DNA of 64,000 nucleotides from the human T2T-CHM13v2.0 reference genome, Homo sapiens: assembly GCF_009914755.1 (NCBI RefSeq), contig NC_060930.1; one strand, 5' to 3'. This document shows positions 50,292 to 64,000 of the stretch, piece after piece. Position numbers and translations under genes: made by a program. Position 1 is the first letter of the stretch. The number at the start of each line of letters is the position of its first letter. A model generated the notes under the pieces. It did not search any database and was not told the DNA's origin. It worked only from the letters and a program-made list of their open reading frames with translations.

Positions 50292-52244
50292 TAGGGGAGA
50301 ATAATTCTTTATTCATTGGACAAGGGGGAAGAAAAGATCAGTGATGAATGCTAGAGGCTTCCTTTTTGGGGCGTCTCTAAAAGCTTCAAAATAGAATATT
50401 ATGATTAAAGTTGCCAAATAAACAGATAACTCTTAAACTTCTTATGAATAAATAACAAATAAGAGATGCCACTGTAAGCACTTGCTAAACTCATGATAAA
50501 TCCCTGAAAAATAAATAGAATTCATAGTCTATGAATAGCAATGAGCTATAAACCACCCCATAGAGCAACTTACTCCATTCTTAGTTTCAGTACAATATTT
50601 TAGTCTGTGAATTATTCAAAGAGATACACAGGATTTTTATATGGCTTTAAAATTTTAGAAATATATTATCCTGGTTTTATTTATAATAGCCATTGGTCAA
50701 TCTTCCATTTGTCAAATATAAAATAATTTATAGTGATAGACAAAAAGGATAAATTATTTTCTTAAAAAAATAAACTTTACAGTCAATTTTTTAAAAAACA
50801 CTTATTTGTAGTTTTCTACTCATATTCATGTTGTTCAAAAATAGTGACTGCAATTTTGTCAACATTTTAAAGATTTTTTTTGCTCCAATTAGAATAATAT
50901 TAATACTTTGACATTTATAAATCCTAAAAGCATTATTTTTTTCTTTGAAAAATTTAACCCATGTCAGCCTATCATTCTTAGAAAAGTATGGTAAGTGGAA
51001 TAGAATGGAGAAAAATTGAGAAGGGTGGCCAATATTAATATTTTGTAACTAGAAAAAAATTATTAAACTGGTCTAAAAGTATTTGCCTGATATTCTACTT
51101 GGAGAATGGAATCTTAAGCTTCTTAATTCCTTGTGATGATGTGGAGTAAATTAAGAAATTATTACCTTGAGGTAGTATAGCCTGGACATGTTATTGTAAA
51201 AAAGGGAAAATAAATGCCTTTCTAATTGTTATGGGTTCATTTTAATAAAGTTTTACATTGTATATATTACATTAGAAAACTTATTTTTCCTCTCAATATC
51301 CCTAAACATATGTTTTGTTTTGTACAAAAATGAAGATATTTAAGTTTTTGTAGAGAAACCAGCCATAAATGAAGGAGGCCAGAAAGCATTAAAGATACTC
51401 CCTTTGGCTGTTTATTTCCATTACAGGTAAACAATTGTTTAATAGCATCTTCAAAAGCATATCTTTTCAGAAAACCAAATATTCTTCCTTCTAGTGTGTC
51501 TTTCTAAAAAAGTAGTATAGAAGGGAATGACCTTAGCAAAATATCTCTTTGTATTTGGGTGCTAACTTTCTTTCTGCATTTTAAAAGATAGGAACCTTAA
51601 AAAAAGCGCTTGTACTTTTCTGTGTGGACTGCAGTCATCATATGGTGAAGATGTTAAGAATATAATTTCTATTTATGGCAAGTATTTGTTTGTCTAGATT
51701 TTAGCAAACATATCTTTATAACACACATATATTTGTCTAGAATCCAAGTATCTAGACATCTTATGTAAGCAGATTCCCTTCCACTCCCTGCCTTTATGAT
51801 AGAACCACGGCTGGGCAGTGGTTGAGCAGGATGAATGGAAATAGACTGGGGAAAGGAATCCAAGGTGGTCTACTATGTTTAGATAAAATAACTGGTCTTA
51901 TTTATGGATATGAGGAAAAAACGTCTGCAGGTGATGAGACCAGCCCATCTAGAGGTCGAAAATTGCTCTTAGCTGTGCCATTATTTTATCCACTCATAGA
52001 ACATAGCATTTTCCAGGCACTTTGTGTAGTGGAAGTGAATGTGTAGGTAGTATGGACTGAGAAGGCCCAATAGCAGCAGGTATTGGGAACTCAGTGATAC
52101 AAAGACAAAGGTAGGGAGGGAAACCTAGCTATGGTGATGACCAGAATGTTCACATTCTTGTGAAGACTGCAAAGTCCTTGAAAGCAAGGAGGCAGGTTTA
52201 GTTGGTTTCTGTGATCTCTCTAACATAGTTCGATGCATAGTAGG

Positions 52245-52593
52245 TGATATGATTTGGCTGTGTCCCCACCCAAATTTTATCCCACAATTCTCACATGTCA
52301 TGGCGGGGAGGAACCCCATGGGAGGTGATTAGATTATGGGTGTGGGTCTTTCCTATGTTGTTCTTGTGATAGTGAATGAGTCTCACGAGATCTGATGGTT
52401 TTAAAAATGGGAATTTCCCCACACAAGCTCTCTTTGACTGCTGCCATCCATGTAATATGTGACTTGGTCCTCCTTGCCTTCTGCCATAATTGTGAGACCT
52501 CCTCAGCCATGTGGAACTGTAAGTCCATTAAACCTCTTTTTCTTTACAGTCTCAGGTATGTCTTTATCAGCAGTGTGAAAATGGACTAATACA
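52245..52593 (+). mobile_element. THE1B-like solo LTR
   Basis: tgatatgatttggctgtgtccccacccaaa...aaatggactaataca; TSD gtagg/atagg. Confidence 0.93.
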
Positions 52594-52628
52594 ATAGGTA
52601 CTTGTTTTCTCATTTACTTTCTCATCTA

Positions 52629-54605
52629 GAGGGTGGAACAAGATGGTGAAATAGAAGCCTACACCATTTGTCCCCCACCATGGAGGGATACCAAATTGTA
52701 ACAACTATCTGTACACAGTAAAGCACTGTCACAGAAAGCAAAAATCGGGTGAGCAATAACAGTACCTGGTTTTAACTTAATATCACTGGAAGAAGCAGTG
52801 AAGAGAGTTGGAGAGACAGTCCTGAATTGCCAACACCACTCCTTCCCCATCCCCCAGCAGCAGCCATGTCGCACTGGGCATCTGTGCCTTCTGGGGTGGG
52901 GCCAGGGGGAGAGCACAGCGATTGGGAAACTTTATTCTGAATTCAATGTTGCCCTGTCATAGTGGAGAGCAGAGCCATGCTGGGCTCAGCCAGTGCCTGT
53001 GCTTGGAGGAAACATTTGGACCAGCCCTAGCCAGAGAGGAATCACCCATCCTAGTGGCTGGAACTTGAGTTTTTCTCCAAGCCTCACCACTGTGGGCCAA
53101 AGTACTCTGGGGTCTTAGGTAAACTTGAAAGACAGTCTAGGGCACAAGGAAACTGCAGTTCCCAGGCAACTCCTAGCGGTGGGCTGGACTCAGAGCCAGA
53201 GAACCAGGGTAACACGTGACCTATGGAGAAACTGGCCTGGGTGGCTAAGGGAGTGCTTGTGCCACCCTTCCCCCAACTCCAGGCAGTACAGCTCTTACAT
53301 CAAGGAAAGTGAATCCTTCCTTTTGCTTAAAGGAAATGACAGCAGAAAGTAAACAGTAAAGAGGACTTAGTCTTGCATCCTGCATACCAATTTGGCCACA
53401 GTAGCATAGGGCACCAGGCAGAGTGCTGAGGCCCCTATTCTAGGCCGTAGATCCCAGACGACATTTGCAGACACATCCTGGGATGAAAGGGAACTTGACA
53501 CCTTGAAGAGAAGGACCCAGTCCTGGCAGGATTTATCACTTGCTGACTAAAGAGCCTATGGGCCCTTAAATATTTAGGAATTGATAAAAAAAAGTGACAG
53601 ATCTCTATAATGAAAATGATAAAACACTGATGGAAGAAATTGAAGAGGATATCCCCAAATGGAAAGATATTCCATGTTCATAGATTGGAAAAATCAATAT
53701 TGTTAAAAAGTCCATACTACCCAAAACTAATCTACAGGTTCAATGCAATTCCTATCAAAATACCAATGACATTCTTTACAGAAATAGAAAAATAATCCTA
53801 AAATTTATATGAAACAACAAAAGATCCAGAAAAGCCAACATTATCCTGAGCAAAAAGAACAAAATGGGAGGGATAATATTATCTGACTTCAAATCATATT
53901 GCAGGGCTATAGTAAACAAAACAGCATGGTACTGGAATAAAAACAGACACATAGGCCAATGGAACAGAATAGAGAACCTAGAAACAAGTCCACAAACCTA
54001 CAGTGAACTTATTTTTGACCAAGCTGCCAAGAACATATACTGGGGAAAAGACAGTCTCTTCAATAAATGGTGCTGGGAAAACAGTATCAATATGTAGAAG
54101 AATGAAACTAGACCCCTACCTCTCACCATATACAAAAATCAAATCAAAATGGATAAAATACTTAAATCTAAGACCTCAAACTATAAAACTACTATAAGAA
54201 AACATTGGGGGAAACTCCAGGACATGGGACTGGGCAAAAACTTCCTGAGTAATATCCCACGAGCGTAGACAACCAAAGCAAAAATGGGCAAATGGGATCA
54301 CATCAACTTAAAAAGCTTCTGCACAGCAAAGGAAACAACAAGGTGAAGAGATAACCCACAGACTTGGAGAAGGTATTTGTAAACTACCCATCTGACAAAA
54401 GATTCACAGTAGAATATATAAGGAGCTTAAGCAATTCTATAGGATAAAACTTTAATCTGATTAAAAAATGGACAAAAAATTTGAATAGACATTTCTCGAA
54501 AGAAGACATACAAATGTCAAACAGGCATATGATCATCTCACCTCAGAGGTTGGGAATGGTAGAGGGCATGGGGGGCATGGGGAGAAGATGAAGATAGTTA
54601 ATGGG
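52629..54605 (+). mobile_element. L1MA (L1M2-type 5'UTR) fused to late ORF2 (internal deletion near 53567)
   Basis: caagatggtgaaatagaagcc 5' end; ORF2 frames ([15 protein letters not shown]..; [12 protein letters not shown]). Confidence 0.85.
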
Positions 54606-54649
54606 TTTGTTAATTTTACAATTTTTCCCACCATCCTAACTGAACCCCT

Positions 54650-55068
54650 ACAGTTATTTTTAAATGTATAATTAAATTATTATGGACTATAGTCACTCTG
54701 TTGTGCTATCAAATACTAGATCTTATTCTTTTTAACTATTTTTTTTCATCCCATTAACTATCTTCATCTCCCCATGCCCCCCATGCCCCCCATGCACTCT
54801 ACCATTCCCAACCTCTGGTAAACATTCTTCTACTCTCTATCTCCATGAGTTCAATTGTTTTTATTTTTAGATCCCACAAATAAGTGGGAACGTGCAATGT
54901 TTGTATTTCCGTGCCTGCTTATTGCATTTAACATAATGACCTGCAGTTCCATCTAGGTCGTTGCAAACGACAAGATCTCATTCTTTTTTATGGCTAAATA
55001 GTACTCCATTGTATATAAGTGCCACATTTTCCTTATCCATTTTTCTGTTGATGGTCACTTACGTTGCC
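54650..55068 (-). mobile_element. L1MA 3'UTR piece, inverted relative to the adjacent L1MA
   Basis: ctatagtcactctgttgtgctatcaaatactag...ctccatgagttcaattg...gatcccacaaataagtg. Confidence 0.85.
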
Positions 55069-55410
55069 CATCACAGACATGCTGTGATGAGCATGTGGTG
55101 TTGCTTGAATGGGGTGTGAGCAGAGAGGCTTCCTAAAGTGATATTTAATCTGATTCCTGAAAGAAAGTATTGGTTAGGTCAAGAGGAGGTCTGCTTAGAC
55201 AGAGACAGGATCATGCGTAAAGATACTGAGGTGGACAGGTAGCTCACCCTTGTGACAAACTGAAAGAAGCCTATATGGCCAGTAAGTGATGTGGAAAGTA
55301 AAATGAAGAGAAATTAGAGACTAGGAAGGAACCAGATTATGCAGAACCATGAAAGCTTCCTTCAAAATTATATAAATTAAGTTTCTTTTGCTTGAAAGTA
55401 ATAGAAAACT

Positions 55411-59840
<4,430 letters not shown>

Positions 59841-59914
59841 TCCAAGGATCTTGACTGCAAGATATTATATAGGTAGTACTTTCATTAAACATTATGACAA
59901 GCTATTCTTTTCCT

Positions 59915-60858
<944 letters not shown>

Positions 60859-61130
60859 TTGTGAACTTTTTCTAGGGCCCTTATGTTAAGTAGAGTCAGG
60901 AATTAACTATAGTTGCTGGTGTCTATGCCCTTTTCTTAAGTTTCAAACTCTCAGGAAGGAGAATCATTTCAAGGCAGGGCCACATGGAATAGACATAAAG
61001 AATAGGAAAAAATTCTGGAGGTTGAACAGCTACACTTATGGGTATGTGTTTTAGGAATTTAAACTTTATTCTAAGACTGGTGAAAAACACTGAGAGGTTT
61101 TAAGGAGGTAAGTGACATGGTTGGATCTGC

Positions 61131-64000
<2,870 letters not shown>

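Overview
Repeat-rich primate (human or great-ape) genomic DNA, intronic or intergenic. No intact protein-coding gene, RNA gene or CRISPR array can be supported, and nearly every long ORF in the track is an L1, Alu or LTR frame. The window holds one full-length dead L1PA4-like element (41454-47932, minus) carrying a young AluYe-type insertion, about 10 other L1 pieces, 11 Alus, an LTR12 (ERV9) solo LTR, THE1/MLT1 solo LTRs, DNA-transposon relics (MER5A, MER94, MER58A, MADE1, MER115), MIR/L2/L3 fossils, and a processed thioredoxin (TXN) pseudogene that the ORF track misses (about 38662-39152, minus). The most unusual signal is in three same-orientation L1PA copies at about 32, 42 and 62 kb. Their 3' UTRs belong to different subfamilies, yet they share private ORF2 variants in patches, including a 280-bp perfectly identical tract and a shared RT-killing FADD->FAND change. 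This points to local ectopic gene conversion. Other notable items are a short L1 3' transduction tag, a twin-priming L1 inversion with an Alu at its junction, a cluster of fold-back/templated-insertion scars at 26.1, 26.6 and 29.5 kb, and an L1MA with an inverted and duplicated 3' end. I see no evidence for a wholly new gene system. Subfamily calls are from remembered consensus sequences, not from a search.
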